Of a stretch of DNA of 64,000 bases, positions 38,416 through 46,195 are shown piece by piece. The stretch lies in the IMG/VR virus record IMGVR_UViG_3300021364_000006. The stretch is one strand, 5' to 3'. The position numbers and the translations under genes were made by a program. The DNA comes from a virus. The stretch's first letter is position 1. The number at the start of each line of letters is the position of its first letter. The notes beneath the pieces were generated by a model. The model worked only from the letters and a program-made list of their open reading frames with translations. It was not told the origin of the DNA and made no database searches.

Positions 38416-39144
38416 ATGAGCATTATCAAATTTAAAGAGAAAAAGATTCATCATGTTCACATTCCAAGATGTGCTGGTAAATTCGTTGCTAATCTAATGA
38501 TGGCACATGGAATTAAAGTCGAACAATATGAAGTTCAACACTGGCCACCAAATTCAGAATTCACATCTTTTGAACTTGATGATGAAAACTGTCTACAATT
38601 CCAATGGGAAGAACATAATGGTGTTAGAATCAAAACAGCACATAAAGCGATATACCAAGATATGGAGGAATTTGATAATTGCACCCACAGATTTGCTATA
38701 GTTAGAGATCCATATCAAAGATTTATTTCAGCTCTTGGTATAACATGCTGCTTTACTTCAAACTCATACGATTTTCATAAAGTTCTTGAAATGGTTTCAA
38801 CCAAAGAGGGCTTTGACAAGTTCATGCATTTAGCAAGAACCAAATTTGCTTATTGGGGAAATTGGTTAACACCACAACATGAGTTTTTAGTTGGAGATGA
38901 ACTGATCTGGAGATTTGAGGATGGTTTTGATCTTAATTTCGCTGAATGGTTTACAGGAAACTTTGATATTCCCTTAGTTTTAGAATCTAATGGAGAACCT
39001 GTTGTTGATATTTTACAAATTGAAGCAAGTGATATGGGATATCTGCAAAAAGAAGAAGAAATGAAAACTGCTAAAATTCCAGAATCTCTTGAAGGATTTG
39101 TAAGAGAATATTATGCAAAAGACTATGAACTTCTAGGTTATTGA
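38416..39144 (+). CDS. sulfotransferase-family-2-like protein
   Basis: HVHIPRCAG, FAIVRDPYQRFIS, PQ..F, RFED, YAKDYELLGY. Confidence 0.7.
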   Translation: MSIIKFKEKKIHHVHIPRCAGKFVANLMMAHGIKVEQYEVQHWPPNSEFTSFELDDENCLQFQWEEHNGVRIKTAHKAIYQDMEEFDNCTHRFAIVRDPYQRFISALGITCCFTSNSYDFHKVLEMVSTKEGFDKFMHLARTKFAYWGNWLTPQHEFLVGDELIWRFEDGFDLNFAEWFTGNFDIPLVLESNGEPVVDILQIEASDMGYLQKEEEMKTAKIPESLEGFVREYYAKDYELLGY

Positions 39145-39491
39145 AGATCTAAAGGTTTTTGATTACTGTGGGGTAGGGATTGCTGAATTGGCAATTCTTG
39201 CCCCTCTATTTTTATGGTAGCTGGTTCTAGTTCCCTCTCTTCCCACGAACCACCAACACCACCGTCCATGTTCACAACAATTTCATTAGTTGGAAGTGCT
39301 GGTTGTGGAGTAACATCAACGGTCTGACCATAGAGATAATGATCATTACGAACATAAGTTAGAAGATGTGGTCGGTTGGAGACGATCCTTTGTGCATCCA
39401 TTTCCCATCCACAGTCGCAGTATTTTTTTCCAGTATCTTTCCAGATTACTGAATACCAGACTCTATCAACATAAGCGTTTCCATTAGACAT
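39138..39491 (-). CDS. hypothetical protein
   Basis: 117-aa ORF. Confidence 0.65.
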   Translation of the reverse strand: MSNGNAYVDRVWYSVIWKDTGKKYCDCGWEMDAQRIVSNRPHLLTYVRNDHYLYGQTVDVTPQPALPTNEIVVNMDGGVGGSWEERELEPATIKIEGQELPIQQSLPHSNQKPLDLQ

Positions 39492-39496
39492 AATCG

Positions 39497-41035
39497 TTAT
39501 TTGTAAATAATGTTGTTTCCATATACCAATGAATCCATATTGGTATTAAAGAAGAGATCGTATGCGTCTCCCTTTCTAGATGCAATTGGTTTTCCACCCT
39601 TGTTCAAAGACGTATTCAATAGCATTGGAATTCCAGTAATTTTTTGGAACTCTTTTATTAATTTATAATATGCACCATTTGATTCATTTACAGTTTGTGC
39701 TCTACATGTATTATCGTAGTGGCAAATAGCAGGATACTTTTCTGGTTCCCTCAACTCCATAACAAACAGCATATATTCTGATGGGCCCTGCCAATGAAAA
39801 TAATCTGATACTTCTTCTTCTAACACTGATGCACCAAATGGTCTATACCATTCTCGATTCTTGACTCTTTCATTAATCCAGTCTTTTCCATCAGGATGAC
39901 AAGGATTCATCAAAATACTTCTATGTCCTAATGCTCTAGGTCCAATTTCACCATGACCCTGATACCAACCAACAATATTATTGTTTGCTAAATCTTCAGC
40001 GACTTCTCTAATAGTTTCATCAGTTGGTTCATTTGGTGGAGCCTCATCATCTTGCCAGAAAGGAAATCCAGTATTATCAAATGGTTCCTGATCATATTGT
40101 TGTCTCAAGAGTTCAACACAACCCAGACTAATTCCAGTATCGTTAGTATGTGGTGGGATTATTAAATTAGGAATTTTTTTCTTAATTTTGGAGTTGATAA
40201 CAGTATTCAGAGCAACTCCACCACTATATCCAATACAGTCTTGATCTTTAAATCTACGTTTACATACAGTAGAAAAATAATTTGCAAATATATTTTCAGT
40301 CGCTTGGTGAGAAACAGAAACAGCGTCCACTGCGTCTTCAAAATCTAGTTTACTAAAGCATCCAGTTCCCCAAACATTATCAAGATCACGTATTGTAAGT
40401 TGTGATAAAGCATCAATAATTCTTTTTTGTTTTTCTATACCGTAATGATTAGTTATACCTCTCAAGGCCATTAGTTTGCCTGGCAGATCGTCCATGATCC
40501 CAGAAATATTCATCGACATGGCAACTTCTGCCATGATAACACCCAAACTTACCAGTTCAGTTTTATGATATGATACATCTTTTTGATAAGAATATCCGTG
40601 TTTTGTTTCGGTAATAGTATATCTAGAATGAGTTACATAATCATCACCAAACCCATCAAAAACAAAATGATGTTTAATATCTTTATTCAGAGGCCATAAA
40701 CTAAGAGCATGTGCCAGATGATGTTCTATTCTCCAAATTGGACATTTAAATCCACACTCAATCAATACTGGTATCTCCATCACCTCAGCTAACATTTCAT
40801 AATTTGGTTCAAGTTCTGGATGAACTTGTGGATCAAATGAAATGCAGACAGCATCAATATCCTCAGGATTTACCCCCCATCTGTCTAGAAGGTACATCCA
40901 GGATGTCATGTCATTATGATATCCAAAGTGCTTTATTTGCAAATCTCTTGCAATTTCACAATATTTGATCTTAGGACCATCTGTGTATGTTACATTAGCA
41001 CCATGTGCATCTAATCGTAATCCAATGAATTTCAT
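39497..41035 (-). CDS. carbamoyltransferase (NodU/CmcH family)
   Basis: HHLAHA, DGFGD, GKLMAL, SGGVALN, EIGPRALGHRSIL, REWYRPF, LLNTSLN. Confidence 0.9.
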   Translation of the reverse strand: MKFIGLRLDAHGANVTYTDGPKIKYCEIARDLQIKHFGYHNDMTSWMYLLDRWGVNPEDIDAVCISFDPQVHPELEPNYEMLAEVMEIPVLIECGFKCPIWRIEHHLAHALSLWPLNKDIKHHFVFDGFGDDYVTHSRYTITETKHGYSYQKDVSYHKTELVSLGVIMAEVAMSMNISGIMDDLPGKLMALRGITNHYGIEKQKRIIDALSQLTIRDLDNVWGTGCFSKLDFEDAVDAVSVSHQATENIFANYFSTVCKRRFKDQDCIGYSGGVALNTVINSKIKKKIPNLIIPPHTNDTGISLGCVELLRQQYDQEPFDNTGFPFWQDDEAPPNEPTDETIREVAEDLANNNIVGWYQGHGEIGPRALGHRSILMNPCHPDGKDWINERVKNREWYRPFGASVLEEEVSDYFHWQGPSEYMLFVMELREPEKYPAICHYDNTCRAQTVNESNGAYYKLIKEFQKITGIPMLLNTSLNKGGKPIASRKGDAYDLFFNTNMDSLVYGNNIIYK

Positions 41036-41208
41036 TTTTCACTGTCTTTCAGAATTTTTACTCTATCAAAAAATTGTGGAAATATGACCAGTCTGGGACT
41101 AGATCTGCCTTCTTTTCCTGGCAACTTTATTGTGATATATTGAGTATGTATAAAGTCAACCGTACCGTAATCACCGTCATACTCAACCTCCATTCCCTCA
41201 CTGAACAT
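41032..41208 (-). CDS. hypothetical protein
   Basis: Probable start MFSEG. Confidence 0.55.
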   Translation of the reverse strand: MFSEGMEVEYDGDYGTVDFIHTQYITIKLPGKEGRSSPRLVIFPQFFDRVKILKDSEK

Positions 41209-41389
41209 TGGTAAGATCATTGATAAACGCCCACTCTTCTGGTTCAGCACCATTCACAACAAACTCTTTGAAGAAACTATCAGCATCTTTGGGACGCTCA
41301 TCATCAAATAAATCTGTGATGCGCTCACAGAAATACTCTTCAACATTAGTGATGAGTTGTTCACGAAGTTGATCAGATGTCATAACCAC
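41198..41389 (-). CDS. hypothetical protein
   Basis: 63-aa ORF in operon. Confidence 0.6.
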   Translation of the reverse strand: MVMTSDQLREQLITNVEEYFCERITDLFDDERPKDADSFFKEFVVNGAEPEEWAFINDLTNVQ

Positions 41390-41675
41390 GGCCCTCTAGG
41401 TAGATTTTGAGAATTGAAATTTCTTGCTTGTACTTTGTGATTTCCTCCTCTAGATGCTTGATGCGATCCAAGTGGAATTGAAGTTCTGGAGAAACTTCTT
41501 TCTCCTCTGTGATTCCCCATGTGCCGTTCGCCTCTGGACTGTACCAGAAGTCTTTCCAGTCTTCGGGTGTTGCTTCAGTGATGTTGGGAGAAGTTTTCTT
41601 GACCCATCGAAGGAGGGCTTCGTACCTCTCCCGCCAGATTTCAGAGTGATTCATGCCACCTCTGTGTACCCCCAT
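41373..41675 (-). CDS. hypothetical protein with C-terminal coiled coil
   Basis: 100-aa ORF. Confidence 0.65.
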   Translation of the reverse strand: MGVHRGGMNHSEIWRERYEALLRWVKKTSPNITEATPEDWKDFWYSPEANGTWGITEEKEVSPELQFHLDRIKHLEEEITKYKQEISILKIYLEGRGYDI

Positions 41676-41686
41676 ATTATAGCACG

Positions 41687-41713
41687 AAAAAAAGCGGGTG
41701 CCAGACCCGCTTT
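41687..41713 (-). terminator. intrinsic terminator closing the riboswitch operon
   Basis: GCGGGT/ACCCGC stem followed by a T7 tract on the minus strand. Confidence 0.75.
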
Positions 41714-41733
41714 AGAATTTATTCATTTTTTTC

Positions 41734-41826
41734 TCATCTGTACAAAAATTTCATTTCGCCGTAGATGAGAGAAAGGAATGCTACTGAACCAAGGGATACG
41801 ATCCCAGCGATTTGTAGTGCTTCCAT
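41734..41826 (-). CDS. 30-aa single-TM peptide
   Basis: MEALQIAGIVSLGSVAFLSLIYGEMKFLYR, translated by hand. Confidence 0.55.
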   Translation of the reverse strand: MEALQIAGIVSLGSVAFLSLIYGEMKFLYR

Positions 41827-41831
41827 GACGA

Positions 41832-41996
41832 TCACTTAGCGTAAGAGTGACCGCGATAGCAGAAAGTTCCATGAACTTCTTCACCACCTTGCTGACACTC
41901 ATACTTGACACCACGATAGGTGGTCATAGCAATCTGAGCATCGTGTAGTGCAGCTGCTTTCTGGATCTGCTTCTTGATGATAGTAAGTGTGTTCAT
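41832..41996 (-). CDS. DUF4278-like small protein (54 aa; not in ORF track)
   Basis: TYRGVKY and CYRGHSY repeats; AGGAG RBS. Confidence 0.75.
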   Translation of the reverse strand: MNTLTIIKKQIQKAAALHDAQIAMTTYRGVKYECQQGGEEVHGTFCYRGHSYAK

Positions 41997-42062
41997 TAGT
42001 TTACTCCTAAAAGAATGGAAAATTAACCTTCTCTCGTTTCCGAGGATCCGTTTTCCGTTCCT

Positions 42063-42224
42063 TCAGTCGTTTGCGTCCCATTGACATTCGGGTACAGATT
42101 CCCTTACGGTTTCTACAAGTTCTACAACCACTGCTGGTGGTAGATTCTTATTTTTGCTGATCCTTAACATTAAGGATTCAGCATCCTGACATGTCAACGT
42201 TGAATACAGAAGTAATTCAAACAT
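42063..42224 (-). CDS. 53-aa two-Cys protein inside the second aptamer loop (not in ORF track)
   Basis: MFELLLYSTLTCQDAES...VPECQWDAND; GGAG 10 nt upstream. Confidence 0.65.
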   Translation of the reverse strand: MFELLLYSTLTCQDAESLMLRISKNKNLPPAVVVELVETVRESVPECQWDAND

Positions 42225-42260
42225 GGGATGAACGCTCCGTTCCGCGACTTACTTGCGTCC

Positions 42261-42458
42261 TCAGGTAAATGTACCATTGCATTCCCCTTCAACTTTTGAT
42301 TTGAAATACTGGATGAGATTCCATTTCGATCGTTGATCGATGTCGTCCCTCATCTGTGTCTCAACTCTGAGTTGTAGAAACCTTTCACAAGACATATGCC
42401 ACCCATAGGGTGACGGATCGTGATGGGCTAAGGTGAAAGCCAATAGTAGAGATACCAT
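42261..42458 (-). CDS. 65-aa two-Cys protein inside the first aptamer loop
   Basis: ORF exactly spans the P2 loop. Confidence 0.65.
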   Translation of the reverse strand: MVSLLLAFTLAHHDPSPYGWHMSCERFLQLRVETQMRDDIDQRSKWNLIQYFKSKVEGECNGTFT

Positions 42459-42475
42459 TGGATGAACGTATGGTC

Positions 42476-42527
42476 ATTATAGACCGCATCACATATTTAG
42501 TCAAGTACTTTTGTATCTTGTGATACA
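42476..42527 (-). promoter_or_regulatory. sigma70 promoter TTGACT-N17-TATAAT with upstream NtcA box (TGTA-N8-TACA)
   Basis: -10 at 42476-42481, -35 at 42499-42504, tgtatcttgtgataca at 42512-42527. Confidence 0.7.
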
Positions 42528-42529
42528 GT

Positions 42530-42715
42530 TTACTCAAAATCTTTAGATTCTTCTTCCAATTCATCAATGATAGTTTTTTTACCACTCAACTTCTGAATTG
42601 TGTGAAGTGTTGATTTGCGATATTTCTTCAATTTTTTGTATTTTTTGAGAAGACGAGTCATATCTTCAATTGGGAGTTCTACGTCTACTCCGTCAATATC
42701 AAATCCTTTTGTCAT
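42530..42715 (-). CDS. hypothetical protein
   Basis: 61-aa ORF starting MTKGF. Confidence 0.6.
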   Translation of the reverse strand: MTKGFDIDGVDVELPIEDMTRLLKKYKKLKKYRKSTLHTIQKLSGKKTIIDELEEESKDFE

Positions 42716-42782
42716 TTTTGAAAAACCCTACAGAGCGAAAAAAAGCCAGGGATTTTTTTCCCCGACTTTTTGGAATTAAAAG

Positions 42783-43433
42783 TCAATTTTGGTTTTGGAC
42801 CGCTTTCCAATCATTGTCGAAGATCTCTAGACCTTTGTCAGTTAGAATATGATCATACATCTGATCAAATACTTTTGGTGGCATCGTACAGATGTCAGCT
42901 CCATTATACCACGAACGAACAGCACGTTGAACGCTACGAATAGAAGCGGAAAGAACCTGAGTTCTCACACCATGAATACGATAGAGTTCAGAGATAGAAC
43001 GAACAACCTCTAGGCCTGCCACAGATTGGTCGTCAAGGCGTCCTACGAAGGGTGAGACATATGTTGCACCAGCCTTTGCTGCTAGGATCGCCTGAGCGGC
43101 GCTGAAGATCAATGTGACGTTAACTTTGATATTCTGATCGGAGAGTGACTTACAGACTGCTAGTCCTTCACGGGTGCATGGAACCTTTACAGTGCATACA
43201 TCACCAAATTTTTCATAAAGACGCTTGCCTTCACGATACATTTGACCTTCATCACCAACAACTTCCATGCTGATGTCACGAACACCAAGATCTTTGATTT
43301 CCTGATAGACTTCTTCTGGGTCTCGACCACTTTTCATGATCAAAGTTGGATTAGTGGTCACACCATCAACCAAACCAGTTTTGAAGTATTCGTTGATGAT
43401 ATTAGTGTCAGCTGTATCTAGAAAAATCTTCAT
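42783..43433 (-). CDS. talC: transaldolase (TalC type)
   Basis: MKIFLDTAD, GVTTNPTL, VKVP, NVTLIFS, YVSPFVGRLDD. Confidence 0.97.
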   Translation of the reverse strand: MKIFLDTADTNIINEYFKTGLVDGVTTNPTLIMKSGRDPEEVYQEIKDLGVRDISMEVVGDEGQMYREGKRLYEKFGDVCTVKVPCTREGLAVCKSLSDQNIKVNVTLIFSAAQAILAAKAGATYVSPFVGRLDDQSVAGLEVVRSISELYRIHGVRTQVLSASIRSVQRAVRSWYNGADICTMPPKVFDQMYDHILTDKGLEIFDNDWKAVQNQN

Positions 43434-43470
43434 ATAATTGTGAGTGTATTTCATTTCAGGGATTTTAACA

Positions 43471-43635
43471 TTAGTTACTGAATTCGTCAATGATGTCAAG
43501 CACATCATTTAAAGCTCTGTGAGCACCATCATGCCAGTCACCACTTTTATCATGATGCTGACCATTATACAATGCGGTTTTCAGTTTATAGACTCTTGAA
43601 AGGATATCTACTTTAGACAGTCGCGATCTAGGCAT
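43471..43635 (-). CDS. hypothetical protein (54 aa)
   Basis: MPRSRLSKVDILSRVYKLK...DEFSN, translated by hand. Confidence 0.6.
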   Translation of the reverse strand: MPRSRLSKVDILSRVYKLKTALYNGQHHDKSGDWHDGAHRALNDVLDIIDEFSN

Positions 43636-43640
43636 TGGCA

Positions 43641-43769
43641 TTACTCTTCATCATAGTTAAGGACTTGTACAATCACATAACCAACTCCAATAAGGAGAAT
43701 GATTATGGAAATAATTACACTCCATACAGGATCATTTGGATTCTCTAGTGGGCGGAGGAGGAGATTCAT
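43641..43769 (-). CDS. small membrane protein (42 aa)
   Basis: MNLLLRPLENPNDPVWSVIISIIILLIGVGYVIVQVLNYDEE. Confidence 0.55.
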   Translation of the reverse strand: MNLLLRPLENPNDPVWSVIISIIILLIGVGYVIVQVLNYDEE

Positions 43770-43935
43770 GTGATATATTCATTCTTATCCCCTGGTATCT
43801 AGGATTGTTCTTTACTTCTTCTGCACACATTATGCTGAATTCGTCACAACATTTACACCAGTCTTTCCTAGCATCTTGCGCCCCTAGAGCTTTTTTCTCC
43901 ACAATCGCTCCCATACATGCCATAACTTGGCACAT
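43732..43935 (-). CDS. hypothetical protein
   Basis: 67-aa ORF; start uncertain. Confidence 0.45.
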   Translation of the reverse strand: MCQVMACMGAIVEKKALGAQDARKDWCKCCDEFSIMCAEEVKNNPRYQGIRMNISHESPPPPTRESK

Positions 43936-43938
43936 TCA

Positions 43939-44124
43939 TCACTCTTCTTCTGCAGGTGTTCCTCTCGATACATGATTCTTTCCGAAAGGTTCCCAATGCT
44001 CCCATCCATATTTATGGACAAGGTGCATTCCTAAGATGGGAACAAATACTAATAGTATACCCATGACGCCTAAGCACCAGGGGGTTTGCATGATGTGTCT
44101 AACCAGGAGCTGAACGTGATTCAT
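43939..44124 (-). CDS. small membrane protein (GWEHWEPF motif)
   Basis: TM helix followed by aromatic motif. Confidence 0.65.
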   Translation of the reverse strand: MNHVQLLVRHIMQTPWCLGVMGILLVFVPILGMHLVHKYGWEHWEPFGKNHVSRGTPAEEE

Positions 44125-44341
44125 TTTGGAAATACTCGGGTAAAGGACATCCTTTGAACTTTTCTATCTCGTTAATAGACAACACAAACATAGTCACAAA
44201 TCCAAGGCAAAAAGCAAACAACATCTGAGGAAAATTATAATTCCCCATGTAAGCAGTAGGATCAGGTTCATCATCATGTGGATGAAGATGTTTACTGATC
44301 TGTTCTATTCGTTTTTTCTTTTCCTTTTCTTTGTCATCCAT
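44099..44341 (-). CDS. small membrane protein
   Basis: 80-aa ORF with one TM helix. Confidence 0.65.
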   Translation of the reverse strand: MDDKEKEKKKRIEQISKHLHPHDDEPDPTAYMGNYNFPQMLFAFCLGFVTMFVLSINEIEKFKGCPLPEYFQNESRSAPG

Positions 44342-44342
44342 T

Positions 44343-44426
44343 TTACCCTCGGTATCTACCTGGCCATGTTAACTGCATTCCAGCAATTAGCAATAGAATG
44401 AAAGGAAATACAAACAATACGGTCAT
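44343..44426 (-). CDS. 27-aa TM peptide
   Basis: MTVLFVFPFILLLIAGMQLTWPGRYRG; ATGA overlap with zwf stop. Confidence 0.5.
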   Translation of the reverse strand: MTVLFVFPFILLLIAGMQLTWPGRYRG

Positions 44427-45763
44427 GCTGGATAATCCCATTTAGTAATTGATTCTACTTGCTTCCAAGGTCCCCACGTAGAAGGCATATAGACGTAAGG
44501 AACAGTGCGAATCTGACATTGATCACCCTCACACAAAAGATCATCAACAATTCGCCAGGACTCCATCACTTCTTCTGAGTGGACAAAGTGGGACTGGTCT
44601 CCGTTGATTGCATCGTAGAGTAGTTTTTCATATCCGTCGATTGCTCTATCTTCTGGATAGGCGTGTGTGAGGGTAGCACGCTCAAGATTATCAGCAAGAC
44701 CAGGGGACTTAATATCCATCCTAATATCCAGATGAGGATGAGGCTGAAGACGGATGACGATACGATCATTGATTTCGCCCTCATAGAGTCTTAGCGGTGG
44801 TGCTTTTAGTTTGATAACAACCTCTACACATCCATAAGGCATGTGCTTTCCAGTCATGACGTTAAAAGGAACTCCTTCCCAACGCCAGTTGTCAACGAAA
44901 AGAGTACCAGCGAAATAGGTAGGAGTACCACTGTTAGGATCAACGCCCTCTTCATCACGGTAGCCATGGTATTGTCCAAGAATAACTGTTGGTGATAGTC
45001 TAGTCGCTGCCAACACTTTTGTCTTCTCTCTTCTGACTTCAGTTGCTGACATTCGGCATGGAGGTTCCATGGCAATCAATGCAAGAACCTGCAGAACATG
45101 ATTTTGTAACATGTCTCTAACAGCACCAGCAGTTTCATAATATTGAGCTCTACCTTCACAACCAATAGTTTCAGTTGCAAAGATCTGAACTTCTTCTATG
45201 TACTGCCTGTTCCAAAGTGGTTCCAGTAAAATATTGCTAAAACGGGTGGCAAGGATGTTATTAACAGTATCTTTGCCAAGATAATGGTCAATGCGATAAA
45301 CCTGTTTCTCGCGTAGATGTCTAGCAACCAAAGTTGATAGATGATCAGCAGATTTAAAATCGTGCCCAAAGGGTTTTTCGATAACCACCCTAGTTTTTTC
45401 TGGGTCATCTAAACATCCTGCCTCCTTTAGATTAGCAATTGCATCAGCATATCTTTCTGGTGGAACAGAAAGAAAGTAAGTCAGATCGTCAATGTAATCT
45501 GGCAAATGTCTAAGTGTATCCACCATAGACAAATCAGCACATTGATAATCTAAATGATTTAGAAAATCTTCAGGATAATCACCCAAAGATTCCTTCCACA
45601 TTTCTGCTGTTGGTTCTCTTCTAGCAGAACCCATAATTAAAAAATTGTCTGGTAGAAGTTCTTTCTGCCAGAGTTTATAAAGTGCTGGAATAAGTTTTCT
45701 CTTGCATAGATCTCCAGTCGCACCGAAGATAACTATGCCTTTAGTGAGCGGTTCCGTTTCCAT
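44423..45763 (-). CDS. zwf: glucose-6-phosphate dehydrogenase
   Basis: GATGDL, EKPFG, RIDHYLGK, DMLQNH; probable start METEP. Confidence 0.97.
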   Translation of the reverse strand: METEPLTKGIVIFGATGDLCKRKLIPALYKLWQKELLPDNFLIMGSARREPTAEMWKESLGDYPEDFLNHLDYQCADLSMVDTLRHLPDYIDDLTYFLSVPPERYADAIANLKEAGCLDDPEKTRVVIEKPFGHDFKSADHLSTLVARHLREKQVYRIDHYLGKDTVNNILATRFSNILLEPLWNRQYIEEVQIFATETIGCEGRAQYYETAGAVRDMLQNHVLQVLALIAMEPPCRMSATEVRREKTKVLAATRLSPTVILGQYHGYRDEEGVDPNSGTPTYFAGTLFVDNWRWEGVPFNVMTGKHMPYGCVEVVIKLKAPPLRLYEGEINDRIVIRLQPHPHLDIRMDIKSPGLADNLERATLTHAYPEDRAIDGYEKLLYDAINGDQSHFVHSEEVMESWRIVDDLLCEGDQCQIRTVPYVYMPSTWGPWKQVESITKWDYPA

Positions 45764-45872
45764 CGTAGTCGTCTGAGTCGTAGTAGTCATTTTCACCTTT
45801 TCGTATCCCGAAATATATCGTGGCCAGTACAAACGGTATTGAAATCCATGTGAGTGCATCAGAGAAGATCAT
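45741..45872 (-). CDS. small membrane protein (43 aa, ...KGENDYYDSDDYDGNGTAH)
   Basis: Translated by hand; explains the apparent N-terminal extension of zwf. Confidence 0.6.
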   Translation of the reverse strand: MIFSDALTWISIPFVLATIYFGIRKGENDYYDSDDYDGNGTAH

Positions 45873-45982
45873 TTCTTTCGTTCAGTCCGTGTTCTTTTAA
45901 ATAATCAATCCACCATTGTAATTTTTGTTTTCTCCAAACAGGAACTGGTAATCCCTGTTCAGAGTAGTATTCAAACAGAGCA

Positions 45983-46195
45983 CTATCGATAGTCTGTGAG
46001 ATCTCCATATTCCTCTTCATCTTTGTCAACGTCCTCATATGGGTTTGCCACGTAGGGTCCTCTTTTTCGTAAAGGTTCTTTTCTGACATAATCCGATTCG
46101 GTATTAATTGCAGATAACCAAACTGCCAATTTCATTACTATGTAGACTACTACTAGTGGTGTGAAGCATAACAGAAGGGTTATTTGATACTTCAT
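45983..46195 (-). CDS. small membrane protein
   Basis: ATGA overlap with gnd; one TM helix. Confidence 0.6.
   Translation of the reverse strand: MKYQITLLLCFTPLVVVYIVMKLAVWLSAINTESDYVRKEPLRKRGPYVANPYEDVDKDEEEYGDLTDYR

Larger units (their letters stand above)
42056..42468 (-). ncRNA. glnA-type glutamine riboswitch double aptamer with ORFs inside both P2 loops
   Basis: CGTTCA-TCC..GGA-CGCAAGTA-AGTCG...CGACT-GAAG-GAACG, plus inner GAACG-GAG-CGTTCA-TCCCAT..ATGGGA-CGCA. Confidence 0.7.

Noticed and set aside
41723-41914. 63-aa ORF from the track
   Set aside because: Out-of-frame overlap of two better-supported small ORFs (41832-41996 and 41734-41826)
45764-45859. N-terminal extension of zwf
   Set aside because: Better explained by the 43-aa membrane protein in another frame
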